Below are positions 48,925 to 56,971 of a stretch of 64,000 nucleotides of DNA, one piece after another. The number at the start of each line of letters is the position of its first letter. The stretch's first letter is position 1. Position numbers and translations under genes: made by a program. This DNA is from an uncultured Candidatus Saccharibacteria bacterium (GTDB lineage Bacteria; Patescibacteriota; Minisyncoccia; Phycocordibacterales; PALSA-1337). The stretch lies in assembly GCA_964406895.1 (NCBI GenBank), contig CAYOTK010000005.1, positions 7,484 to 71,483 of the forward strand, in the 5' to 3' direction. The notes below the pieces were generated by a model. The model had not been told where the DNA came from and searched no databases. It was given only the letters and a program-made list of their open reading frames with translations.

Positions 48925-49049
48925 GCGTGTAAGATTCTCGTCCTTACGCGTTAGCAATAATGTACGAGAGGTGCCGCTAGCGCGAATCACTAAGGTTAGA
49001 GTCATAGATTTCAATCTCATGCTCGGGTCTTGTGGAACGTAGTGTGCGG
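48925..49049 (+). promoter_or_regulatory. Candidate structured 5' leader RNA (H-type pseudoknot plus long hairpin)
   Basis: Stem 48925-933/48943-951; loop 48935-941 complementary to 48964-970; nested hairpin 48974-49049; extended -10 TGtTAGTAT at 48912-48920. Confidence 0.5.
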
Positions 49050-49059
49050 ATAAAAGAAA

Positions 49060-49311
49060 ATGTCAAAAAGACTTTTCGTAGGCAGTCTTGCCTGGGGTAC
49101 AACAGATGCAAGCTTGAAGAAACACTTCGAGCAAGCAGGACAGGTTGTATCTGCAACGGTCATCATGGACAAAATGTCCGGAAGATCTAAGGGTTTCGGT
49201 TTCGTTGAAATGTCAACAGAAGCTGAAGCACAAGCAGCCGTTGATAAGCTCAATGGTTCTGAATTAGATGGTCGCAAGATCGTCGTTTCAGAGGCTCGTC
49301 CAAAGCAATAA
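49060..49311 (+). CDS. RRM (RNP-1) RNA-binding protein
   Basis: RNP2 'LFVGSL' and RNP1 'KGFGFVEM'. Confidence 0.95.
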   Translation: MSKRLFVGSLAWGTTDASLKKHFEQAGQVVSATVIMDKMSGRSKGFGFVEMSTEAEAQAAVDKLNGSELDGRKIVVSEARPKQ

Positions 49312-49334
49312 TTAACGGTTTTACCGTTGGTTAA

Positions 49335-49370
49335 TACAAAAAACGACTTCGCAAGAGGTCGTTTTTTGTA
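49335..49370 (+). terminator. Intrinsic (probably bidirectional) terminator
   Basis: AAAAAACGACTTC-GCAA-GAGGTCGTTTTTT. Confidence 0.85.
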
Positions 49371-49400
49371 ATTGTTTGGGATTTGAGATAAAATAATATC

Positions 49401-50300
49401 ATGACCCCCCAAACCCCCGAAACACCACAAACCCCACCATCCACTCAACCCAGAGAAGGTACTCCAGAACCTACAGTCACAAACATGGCACAATCTCAAT
49501 CTCCTGAAAAACCACAAAAAACACAAGAAGAACTAAGAGAAATATGGCAACAAAGAATACAAGATATACGTAAACGAGGGGAAGAAATGCTAGATGAATA
49601 TGAGAAAAAAGTAAAAGAAGGAGAATTCAAAGATAAACCAGGTGAAGAACCAGGAAGTGGTAATAAAAGAGATATAGAAGCACAAGCAGAAATCACTCAA
49701 GTAATTGAAAGAGGAGAAAGAATGAAGAATAAGCTAGATAGTAATGAAGAACTGCCTCAGGAATCACCAGATATATTACCATATCTCGGAAAACAATATG
49801 ATTTGGAATTATCTCTAGGTATGTTCGGCACCCCAGAACACGGATTCAAGGGTATATACATTAATCCAAGAGATCAAGACTACGAAACACTCAAGAAGGA
49901 CACTGACCCAAAAAAGTTTGGTGAATATACTCTAAACCCAGACATGCAAAACGTAGACTTCAAAAACATACCAGAAAACAAGATACACATAATCGACCTA
50001 CCACAATTCGCAGGAAAACCACGAGCTGAAGTTATTGAACACATCCTTAAAATGTACCCCAACCTCAAACTTCCAGGACTGGAATACTGGGAATGGTTAG
50101 GAAAAAACCCAACCAAAATCCCAAAAAAAATACAAGACACAACACTATGGTTCTACTTCCCAGGTTCCCTCGTTCGTAATTCCGGTGGCGATTGGTATGT
50201 TCCTTGTGCCTACTGGCGTGGTTCAAGTTGGAATCGTAGTGCGCATTGGCTTAGCGGTTCTTGGGATGCTGATTACCGTTTCGTCCTCCTCGAGATTTGA
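49401..50300 (+). CDS. Probable DGR target protein with C-terminal variable region (CLec-like fold)
   Basis: C-terminus 'FYFPGSLVRNSGGDWYVPCAYWRGSSWNRSAHWLSGSWDADYRFVLLEI'; A-poor last 147 nt; downstream GAA hairpin. Confidence 0.72.
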   Translation: MTPQTPETPQTPPSTQPREGTPEPTVTNMAQSQSPEKPQKTQEELREIWQQRIQDIRKRGEEMLDEYEKKVKEGEFKDKPGEEPGSGNKRDIEAQAEITQVIERGERMKNKLDSNEELPQESPDILPYLGKQYDLELSLGMFGTPEHGFKGIYINPRDQDYETLKKDTDPKKFGEYTLNPDMQNVDFKNIPENKIHIIDLPQFAGKPRAEVIEHILKMYPNLKLPGLEYWEWLGKNPTKIPKKIQDTTLWFYFPGSLVRNSGGDWYVPCAYWRGSSWNRSAHWLSGSWDADYRFVLLEI

Positions 50301-50307
50301 TTCTTGC

Positions 50308-50324
50308 CCAGCCCGAAGGGCTGG
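50308..50324 (+). other. GC-rich hairpin with GAA triloop after the putative VR (DGR target-recognition hairpin candidate)
   Basis: CCAGCCC-GAA-GGGCTGG, 7 nt after the stop codon, not followed by a U-run. Confidence 0.65.
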
Positions 50325-50393
50325 TGATGTCTTCCTGCCTTTTTGATTCTTGAATTCTTGAACTTTGATCTGCGATTTGGTTTTTTTATTTGA

Positions 50394-50420
50394 AGGTCGA
50401 ACCTCCATGAGGACCGACCC
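50394..50420. repeat. Degenerate pair of the AGGTCGGACCT palindromic repeat family
   Basis: AGGTCGAACCTC-CAT-GAGGACCGACCC resembles the copies at 55322 and 55639. Confidence 0.55.
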
Positions 50421-50452
50421 TGATTTTGTTTTTTTATGTAATCGCGTTTTGA

Positions 50453-50590
50453 GTCTTGCACCCCATCACACTGCTGTATTTTGGATACATGGAAATTTTC
50501 TGCAGAAAATTCCCTAATCCTCAGCATTTTTCTGCTGAAAAATGCTTGCGGTGTGTCCAAAATACAAGAATGTGATGGGGTGCATAAGAC
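50453..50590. mobile_element. MITE-like / cruciform element with long terminal inverted repeats and two internal hairpins
   Basis: GTCTTGCACCCCATCACA..TGTATTTTGGATAC versus GTGTCCAAAATACA..TGTGATGGGGTGCATAAGAC; inner AATTTTC-TGCA-GAAAATT and AGCATTTTTC-TGCT-GAAAAATGCT. Confidence 0.55.
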
Positions 50591-50668
50591 ATCATGTAAT
50601 TAATCACAAAATTGTCTTGTTATAAAAAACGATTTCTCAATAACAAAATAATCTGCTAAAATTACTTC

Positions 50669-51364
50669 ATGAAAAAAATAAATCAAAATCACTATTTCTC
50701 GAAATCCGATATTCACGGAGTGGACATTGAGTCACATTTACAAGAGATCAATTCCGAATTCAAAGCAGGTTTCGAATTTGTCAAAAAATTTCCAAAATCC
50801 GTTTCTATATTCGGCTCATCTAGAGCAAAACCAGGTACGTCCAATTATCAATTGGCAGAAAAGCTCGCAGAAAGAATAGTATCTGAACTCAACTATGCTG
50901 TCGTTACAGGTGGTGGCCCAGGTATTATGGAAGCAGCTAACAAGGGCGCAAAACTCGCTCATGGTCATTCAGTCGGCATGAATGTTAGTTTGCCACACGA
51001 GAGAAAGCCAAATGATTTCCTAACAGACGAAATACACTTCACATATTTCTTCGCGAGGAAGACCATGCTTACATTCGCTGCTGAAGCATACATATTCATG
51101 CCAGGAGGTTTCGGAACCTTCGATGAATTATTTAGCATTCTTACACTTATTCAAACAGGCAAAATACCACGCGTGCCAGTTATTTTGTTCGGCTCTTCAT
51201 TCTGGGACCATTTGAGAACTTTCATAAATGAACAAATGATAGCAAAAGAAAATGCAGTTGATCCTGATTGTCTCGAATTTATAGAAATTACAGATTCAGA
51301 AGAAAGAGTCATAGAAATTATTCGTAAGGCTCCCGTGTCAGAATGGTGGCGTAGTATCAACTAA
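50669..51364 (+). CDS. LOG family (TIGR00730-like) nucleotide phosphoribohydrolase
   Basis: 'TGGGPGIMEAANKGA', 'YFFARK', 'PGGFGTFDE'. Confidence 0.92.
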   Translation: MKKINQNHYFSKSDIHGVDIESHLQEINSEFKAGFEFVKKFPKSVSIFGSSRAKPGTSNYQLAEKLAERIVSELNYAVVTGGGPGIMEAANKGAKLAHGHSVGMNVSLPHERKPNDFLTDEIHFTYFFARKTMLTFAAEAYIFMPGGFGTFDELFSILTLIQTGKIPRVPVILFGSSFWDHLRTFINEQMIAKENAVDPDCLEFIEITDSEERVIEIIRKAPVSEWWRSIN

Positions 51365-52590
51365 TCTTTCCTGACGGTAGTTATAAACACAATCCAGCTT
51401 ATAAGCATCATAACTCCCGCTATATAGATAGGCGCTATTGCAGATATTGTCGCGGCTAGCACACCTGCAATGATCGGTGGAGAAGCTTGGGCTAAGGCTT
51501 GCACACTACTGTTGATGCCAAGAATTTCACCTTGAATATCATTATCAGCTCTCTGACTAGCCAAGCTCGGTATAGCAGCCATACTTATGCCATTTGTAAG
51601 AGCAAATAATGCGCCGACAATGAGTAGGCCGATCAAACTTTGTGTAATACAGAATACGAATATAACTATCGATCCTGCAATGAGATAGAATTTGAGCAGA
51701 GTATGTTCATCGAATTTTTTTGTTAAGAATCTAAGTACAAATACTTGAGTGATGACTACCCAAATACCGACATAGCCGATGAAATAACCAACATTGACTT
51801 GATTGAATGAAAATCTATTTATGAGAAAAACAGAGAAGAAAGTGGCGAATAATGCAAGGCTCGCTTGGAAGAAGAAGTTGGTGGCAAATATTGATCGCAA
51901 TTTCTTCATGCCATATGCCTGAATGATATGCTCAATTGCTTTGTGCCATGAGATAGTGAGCTTGTTGTGATTGACTCTTGTTTCTCTCAAATATTTGAAA
52001 ACCAAAAATGCATTTGCAAAAGACAAAATAGCCGCGAACCAAAATGGAGTAGATGCGGTGAACCAAGGAATCAAACTGTTGTCTGATAGTAGGCCGCCTA
52101 TGACTGGACCAATTATGAAGCCGACACCATATGCAGCACCGATCAAGCCGAATTGTTTCGCGCGATCTTTCGGCGGAGTTATGTCGGCGATTGCGGCTTG
52201 AGCGACAGATAGGTTGCCACCAGATATTCCGCCGATTATTCTCGATACGAATAATAGAGTTAGACTTTTCGAGAAGACACCCAATGCAAATATGACAAAT
52301 GAAAGACCTGTGCCAAAAAGTGATGCAGTTATTATTTTCCTACGACCATAGAAATCAGAATATTCACCAAGAATTGGTGTCGAGAAAAATTGAATAATAG
52401 GGAAAGTGGCGATGAGTAATCCTAGTATCAAATAACTGTATTGTATTGGGACTTGGGCTGGTAGTAGATAAAATTGTGAATCAGGATTGGCTAGAAGTTG
52501 AGGCACTATAGGTACTAATATGCCGTTACTGACAAGGTCAAGAAATATGGCCATAAGAACTACGGTCAATTCTCGACTTGGTTTTTTCAT
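51361..52590 (-). CDS. MFS transporter, TetA/DHA1-like efflux
   Basis: 'GEYSDFYGRR' motif A; 'GFIIGPVIGG' motif C; real start MKKP at 52590 (the longer ORF overlaps the tRNA). Confidence 0.88.
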   Translation of the reverse strand: MKKPSRELTVVLMAIFLDLVSNGILVPIVPQLLANPDSQFYLLPAQVPIQYSYLILGLLIATFPIIQFFSTPILGEYSDFYGRRKIITASLFGTGLSFVIFALGVFSKSLTLLFVSRIIGGISGGNLSVAQAAIADITPPKDRAKQFGLIGAAYGVGFIIGPVIGGLLSDNSLIPWFTASTPFWFAAILSFANAFLVFKYLRETRVNHNKLTISWHKAIEHIIQAYGMKKLRSIFATNFFFQASLALFATFFSVFLINRFSFNQVNVGYFIGYVGIWVVITQVFVLRFLTKKFDEHTLLKFYLIAGSIVIFVFCITQSLIGLLIVGALFALTNGISMAAIPSLASQRADNDIQGEILGINSSVQALAQASPPIIAGVLAATISAIAPIYIAGVMMLISWIVFITTVRKD

Positions 52591-52612
52591 AGGGGATATT
52601 ATAGCAGATTTT

Positions 52613-52699
52613 TGGTGCCCGGGGTGGGAATCGAACCCACATGACCTTGCGGTCGACAAATTTTAAGTCTGTTGCGTATACCAATTTCGCCACCCGGGC
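52613..52699 (-). tRNA. tRNA-Leu(TAA)
   Basis: GCCCGGG acceptor stem; ACAGA-CTTAAAA-TTTGT anticodon arm; long variable arm; GGTTCGATTCC; encoded CCA. Confidence 0.95.
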
Positions 52700-52757
52700 C
52701 CTCTAGTTCTTGCTTCACTAAATGACCAATAACCAATAACCAAAAACTATTGGGGGG

Positions 52758-52829
52758 AGGCCACGGCGAGAATCGAACTCGCGCATAGCAGTTTTGCAGA
52801 CTGCTGACTTACCACTTGTCTACGTGGCC
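52758..52829 (-). tRNA. tRNA-Cys(GCA)
   Basis: GGCCACG acceptor stem; GCAGT-CTGCAAA-ACTGC; GTTCGATTC; discriminator U; CCA not encoded. Confidence 0.95.
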
Positions 52830-52840
52830 ACAAAAGTATT

Positions 52841-53167
52841 CTATACTTTCTCGGCAATCTCGTCTATACGTTGACGATTTTTCTCTCCTATATCAATTTT
52901 GACATCGAAGAATGGAACGAAGGCAATCCTAGAATTATCCATTACATATTGTCTGAAATCTCCCAATCTCCTATGAATGAATTCTACGGCGCTTTGTTCT
53001 TTATCAACCGGCAGAACAGAAATCAATATTGTAGCTTTTTTTGCGCGACTATTGAGGTCAATATCTGTAATAGTAATCAGGGAAGTTCTATTCGATTCTC
53101 TGGAGAAGAAATCAGCTGCAAGTTCTCTCAGAATTTCTTTCTTTTTGTTTTCTTTGAGTTCAGACAT
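52841..53167 (-). CDS. rbfA: Ribosome-binding factor A
   Basis: 'LITITDI...ATILISV'; 'VPFFDVKID.G'; directly downstream of infB. Confidence 0.82.
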   Translation of the reverse strand: MSELKENKKKEILRELAADFFSRESNRTSLITITDIDLNSRAKKATILISVLPVDKEQSAVEFIHRRLGDFRQYVMDNSRIAFVPFFDVKIDIGEKNRQRIDEIAEKV

Positions 53168-53168
53168 A

Positions 53169-54746
53169 TTAGTTTGTTTTTTCTACGGTTTTGACACATT
53201 CTATGCGATCACCGACTGCAATTTCAATTTTTGCTTCAACAAGTAAGCCGAATTCATGACCCTCCGCAACTTCGCGAGTTTTGACTTTCTTCTCTTGAAG
53301 CTCGCGTATTTTGCCTCGTCCTATCTCACTTTCTCTGCGCATGATTCTGACATCATTTCCGCTTTCTATTGTACCCATCTCGACTTTTCCACCGATGACT
53401 TGCCTATCTTTTTCCTTTGAGAATAATGCCAATATTTTGGCACGTCCTGTAACTTCTTCAATGTAGACTTTTGGTACTCGGGATAATAATGTTTCTTGTA
53501 CGAATTCTGTTAGATTATAAATGATATTGAAGGACTTAACGATAAGTGGTTGAGAAGATCTTTCTATGATTGCTCCTGTTTTCTTATCTGGTTTTGAATT
53601 GAAACCGATGACAATTATATCTTTATCACCTTGAGCGATCTTTATATCGTTTTCATTGATGTCGCCTATACCTTCTGATACTATTTTTATTTTAACTTTC
53701 TCATTATGTATTTTCTCCAATTCATGTCTTATACCATCGAGACTGCCAATAGCGTCTGCCTTGATAATGATTGGTAATATTATTGGTCCATTTTGTTCTG
53801 CGTTGTCTGAGGAAACTTGTGCTGGGTGTTTGGCCACAGAAATTTCTGCTTGCTTTTGGTTGGCATTTATTTCGGCTCTTCTTTTGTCCAAATATTCATT
53901 GTATTTCTCCTCTGCTTCTTTTTTGTTTTTTACTACCGAGAATACTGATCCACATATTGGCACTTTATTCCAGCCTAGAATAGATACAGGCATAGAAGCT
54001 TGTGCAGATAAAATTTTCTCACCTTTGAAATTTTCTATGAATCTAATAGGTGCATAAGCATTGCCTGTAGAAACATAATCACCAATATTGAGTAGACCGT
54101 CTTTGATAAGAAGTGTTGCAGATATGCCTTTTTTGGAATCTCTGTTTGCTTCGATGACAAGACCAGAAGCTGGCAAGGATTTGTTTGTTTTGAGTTCTGT
54201 GATTTCTGATAGTAATATAACCATGTCCAATAATTCCGTTATGCCTTGTCCTGATATTGCTGATATGGACACGCACGGTATATCACCACCCCAACCTTCG
54301 ACGTAGATTTCATTCTCGCCTAGACTTTGTTTTGTCTTATCAATATTTGCATTTGTCTTGTCTATTTTTGTAATCGCTACAATATAGGGGATTTTTTGTT
54401 CGAGAATATTTTTCAAGGCTTCAACAGTTTGGGGTTTGACTCCGTCTTCCGCAGAAACAACGAGAATTGCTACGTCTGCCGCTTGTGTGCCTCTTTCTCG
54501 AATAGAACAGAATGCTTCGTGTCCGGGAGTGTCAATAAATGTTATTAGATTTTTGCTACCTTCTGGACTCAAATGTTCTGCTTCGTATGCCCCCATGTGT
54601 TGAGTGATACCTCCTGCTTCGCCCTCAACAACATTGGCTTTTCTGATGTAATCAAGAAGGGTAGATTTGCCATGATCAATATGCCCCATAATAACAACTA
54701 TAGGGGAACGCTTAACATCGCCTGTTTTGGGCTTTTCTGTGGGCAT
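53169..54746 (-). CDS. infB: Translation initiation factor IF-2 (short form lacking the N-terminal domain)
   Basis: GHIDHGKST, GITQH, DTPGHEAF, TKID. Confidence 0.96.
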   Translation of the reverse strand: MPTEKPKTGDVKRSPIVVIMGHIDHGKSTLLDYIRKANVVEGEAGGITQHMGAYEAEHLSPEGSKNLITFIDTPGHEAFCSIRERGTQAADVAILVVSAEDGVKPQTVEALKNILEQKIPYIVAITKIDKTNANIDKTKQSLGENEIYVEGWGGDIPCVSISAISGQGITELLDMVILLSEITELKTNKSLPASGLVIEANRDSKKGISATLLIKDGLLNIGDYVSTGNAYAPIRFIENFKGEKILSAQASMPVSILGWNKVPICGSVFSVVKNKKEAEEKYNEYLDKRRAEINANQKQAEISVAKHPAQVSSDNAEQNGPIILPIIIKADAIGSLDGIRHELEKIHNEKVKIKIVSEGIGDINENDIKIAQGDKDIIVIGFNSKPDKKTGAIIERSSQPLIVKSFNIIYNLTEFVQETLLSRVPKVYIEEVTGRAKILALFSKEKDRQVIGGKVEMGTIESGNDVRIMRRESEIGRGKIRELQEKKVKTREVAEGHEFGLLVEAKIEIAVGDRIECVKTVEKTN

Positions 54747-54811
54747 GATGTATTACAATACCACAATTTTGAATTTTTTCAAACTTACGATATAGATATG
54801 TTTTGTCGGGA

Positions 54812-55291
54812 CTATAGTAACTTCTTTGCTTTCTCTAAGGCTTCTTTTTCTTCGCCGGATAATTCATGTTCAGAATCATGTTTGGTGATTGGTTTTGAGA
54901 AGACACTCACATAATCTCTCGAATATAAACTAGAAATGATGACGCCATTACCTTCTTGGTTCAAAAAAGCGGTTGCGAAACTTTGATTACCTCCGCCACC
55001 TGTACCTTTGAATGGATTGAATCTTACAGTATGTACAGACTGAACGCTTTTTCTCAGTCTTTTTTCTACATCGGATAAATATGTTTCTAGTTCGCTTTTG
55101 AATTTCTGCAATTCATTCAGGTCTTTAGAAACTATTTTCAGAGAATCTGAAATATTTTGTGCATTTACATTGACTAGGAAACGACGTAGGCGAAAATGCA
55201 TTATAAGTACGAGTACGAGAAGTATTATGGTTGCGATTGAGAGGATGATGAAGCCAAGCAATATAGGGTTTGAAGAAATATTATTTATCAT
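54812..55291 (-). CDS. DUF4446-like membrane-anchored coiled-coil protein
   Basis: N-terminal TM; 'VRFNPF..GGNQSFA', 'GVIISSLYSR', 'LSGEEKEAL'. Confidence 0.8.
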   Translation of the reverse strand: MINNISSNPILLGFIILSIATIILLVLVLIMHFRLRRFLVNVNAQNISDSLKIVSKDLNELQKFKSELETYLSDVEKRLRKSVQSVHTVRFNPFKGTGGGGNQSFATAFLNQEGNGVIISSLYSRDYVSVFSKPITKHDSEHELSGEEKEALEKAKKLL

Positions 55292-55321
55292 GAGTGTATT
55301 ATAACATAGTAGTGTTGAGTG

Positions 55322-55350
55322 GAGGTCGGACCTCTAAAAGGTCCGACCTC
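55322..55350. repeat. REP-like palindrome pair
   Basis: GAGGTCGGACCT-CTAAA-AGGTCCGACCTC perfect 12-bp inverted repeat. Confidence 0.85.
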
Positions 55351-55390
55351 GTATTGCATTCTATTAATAATAGGTGTATTTTATTCGCGT

Positions 55391-55579
55391 ATGCACATTC
55401 CAGTTACTGCTGTGGTCTTCTTCTTCCTTGGGGCCGGAGTACAGTACCGGATCGTGCCGCCAACAGGTCCGTTGCGGCGTGGGCCGAGGCAGAGGAATTG
55501 GGAACGCAACAAAAAACGCCTTGGGATCAAGGGCACGCCTGCAAGGCCCTATACTCCCGGCACCCATCGGGGCGCATGA
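55391..55579 (+). CDS. GC-rich small ORF (62 aa, hydrophobic N-terminus, Arg-rich); could instead be a structured ncRNA
   Basis: TTGCAT-17-TATTTT promoter 8 nt before the ATG; its own terminator downstream. Confidence 0.4.
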   Translation: MHIPVTAVVFFFLGAGVQYRIVPPTGPLRRGPRQRNWERNKKRLGIKGTPARPYTPGTHRGA

Positions 55580-55603
55580 CATTCTCGCGCCACGTTTCTT
55601 CAC

Positions 55604-55637
55604 CCGCTGTTGGTCTCACGGTCGACGGCGGTTTTTT
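55604..55637 (+). terminator. Intrinsic terminator
   Basis: CCGCTGTTGGTC-TCAC-GGTCGACGGCGG-TTTTTT (G-U pairs favour the + strand). Confidence 0.75.
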
Positions 55638-55638
55638 C

Positions 55639-55683
55639 GAGGTCGGACCTCTTAGAGGTCCGACCTCCAAAAGGTCCGACCTC
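55639..55683. repeat. REP-like palindrome triplet
   Basis: GAGGTCGGACCTCT-T-AGAGGTCCGACCTC-CAAA-AGGTCCGACCTC. Confidence 0.85.
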
Positions 55684-55714
55684 GAACTCGAGAAAAGTGT
55701 GTTATGATAAAAAT

Positions 55715-56950
55715 ATGAAAATTTGGCCACAAAAGAGAATATATATGGATTATGCTTCATTAACACCCATTGATCCTTGGGTTGTTTCGGAGATGAAGAA
55801 ATTTTCAGGCAGAGAATATGCAAATGCTTCTTCTATATATAAGGAGGGTGTAGCTTCAAAGAAGACTATTGAAAATGCTCGAATCACTATAGGGGATTTT
55901 ATCGGTGCGCATAGTGATGAGATATTCTTTACTTCAGGGGGCACAGAGTCAAACAATATTGCAATACTCGGTGCAGTTGAATCTTTACTGAAGGACGGTG
56001 TGCAATATTCAGAAATGCATATAGTTGTGAGCTCAATCGAACATTCTTCAGTCATTGAGACAGCAAAATATCTCAAATCAAGAGGCGTACATGTGGATTT
56101 TATACCGGTAGACAAGTGTGGTGTTGTTGATTTGGATATATTGAAGAAAAGTTTGAAAGTTAATACTGTTCTGGTTTCTATAATGGCTGTAAACAATGAA
56201 ATAGGCACAGTTGAGCCAATAAGAGAAATTGCGAAAATTGTTAGGGATTATAGGAAATCTTTGCATGAGGATCTTCTCGAAGAAAATATAAACAGGGCAG
56301 CTGATTCTTGGAGAAATAAAATTTTACCTGAATTGGCCAATCACTATCCTCTTTTCCATACTGATGCTAGTCAGGCAGGATTATTCCAAGAATTAAAAGT
56401 CGAAAAGATGGGTGTGCAACTTATGACTCTGGACGCAGGCAAAGTGTATGGTCCACGCGGTACTGGCATATTATTCAAAAAGAGAAATACGCCGATTTCT
56501 CCTATTATTTTCGGTGGAGGACAAGAAAAAGGTTTGCGTTCAGGAACAGAGAATGTTCCTGCGATTATGGGATTTGCAAAAGCTGTTGAATTGGCAAGAA
56601 ATGAAAGGGAATCAGAAACACAAAGACTTCAAGAATTAAAAAATTACTTCATAGATACTTTTAAAACATTGCGGCCTGAAATTATAATTCACGGCGAAGG
56701 CACGGTAGTTTCGCCTCATATAGTGAATATACAAATACCGAAAATAGACAATGAATTCTTCGTATTACAGCTGGATGCGAAGGGTATTTCTTGTTCTACC
56801 AAGAGTTCATGCCTACGCGACGCTGATGAATCATACGTGCTCAAAGCTATTGGTGCTGACACGCACACCTCGATTAGATTGTCCTTTGGACGGTGGTCGC
56901 GCAAGGCCCATATACGCAAGCTTATTCGAGTCATATTGCAATTATTGTAA
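55715..56950 (+). CDS. iscS: Cysteine desulfurase (IscS/NifS class I)
   Basis: 'YMDYASLTP', 'FTSGGTESNN', 'NNEIG', 'HTDASQ', 'GKVYGPRG', 'RSGTEN', catalytic 'STKSSC'. Confidence 0.9.
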   Translation: MKIWPQKRIYMDYASLTPIDPWVVSEMKKFSGREYANASSIYKEGVASKKTIENARITIGDFIGAHSDEIFFTSGGTESNNIAILGAVESLLKDGVQYSEMHIVVSSIEHSSVIETAKYLKSRGVHVDFIPVDKCGVVDLDILKKSLKVNTVLVSIMAVNNEIGTVEPIREIAKIVRDYRKSLHEDLLEENINRAADSWRNKILPELANHYPLFHTDASQAGLFQELKVEKMGVQLMTLDAGKVYGPRGTGILFKKRNTPISPIIFGGGQEKGLRSGTENVPAIMGFAKAVELARNERESETQRLQELKNYFIDTFKTLRPEIIIHGEGTVVSPHIVNIQIPKIDNEFFVLQLDAKGISCSTKSSCLRDADESYVLKAIGADTHTSIRLSFGRWSRKAHIRKLIRVILQLL

Positions 56951-56971
56951 ACCTTTGCTAGTATCTCACCT

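Noticed and set aside
49017-49526. 169-aa antisense ORF and the many other short overlapping ORFs in the track
   Set aside because: Shadow ORFs opposite or out of frame with well-supported genes, with no recognisable motifs
52591-52659. N-terminal extension of the MFS ORF
   Set aside because: Overlaps tRNA-Leu; the real start is 52590, preceded by TGcTATAAT
52700-52757. ACCAATA mini-repeat and the missing CCA of tRNA-Cys as an integration scar
   Set aside because: No duplicated tRNA 3' end or integrase seen; non-encoded CCA is common
53169-54746. Short IF-2 as a pseudogene
   Set aside because: G-domain and C-terminal domains are intact; loss of the N-terminal domain is known in reduced genomes
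55322-55683. CRISPR array or SRP/RNase P/tmRNA gene
   Set aside because: Repeats lack regular 30-40-nt spacers and there are no cas genes; no SRP GGAA-loop, RNase P GAGGAAAGTCC or tmRNA ends on either strand
55610-55714. N-terminal extension of the cysteine desulfurase in the ORF track
   Set aside because: It is translated terminator and palindrome sequence; the family alignment and a -10 box point to the ATG at 55715
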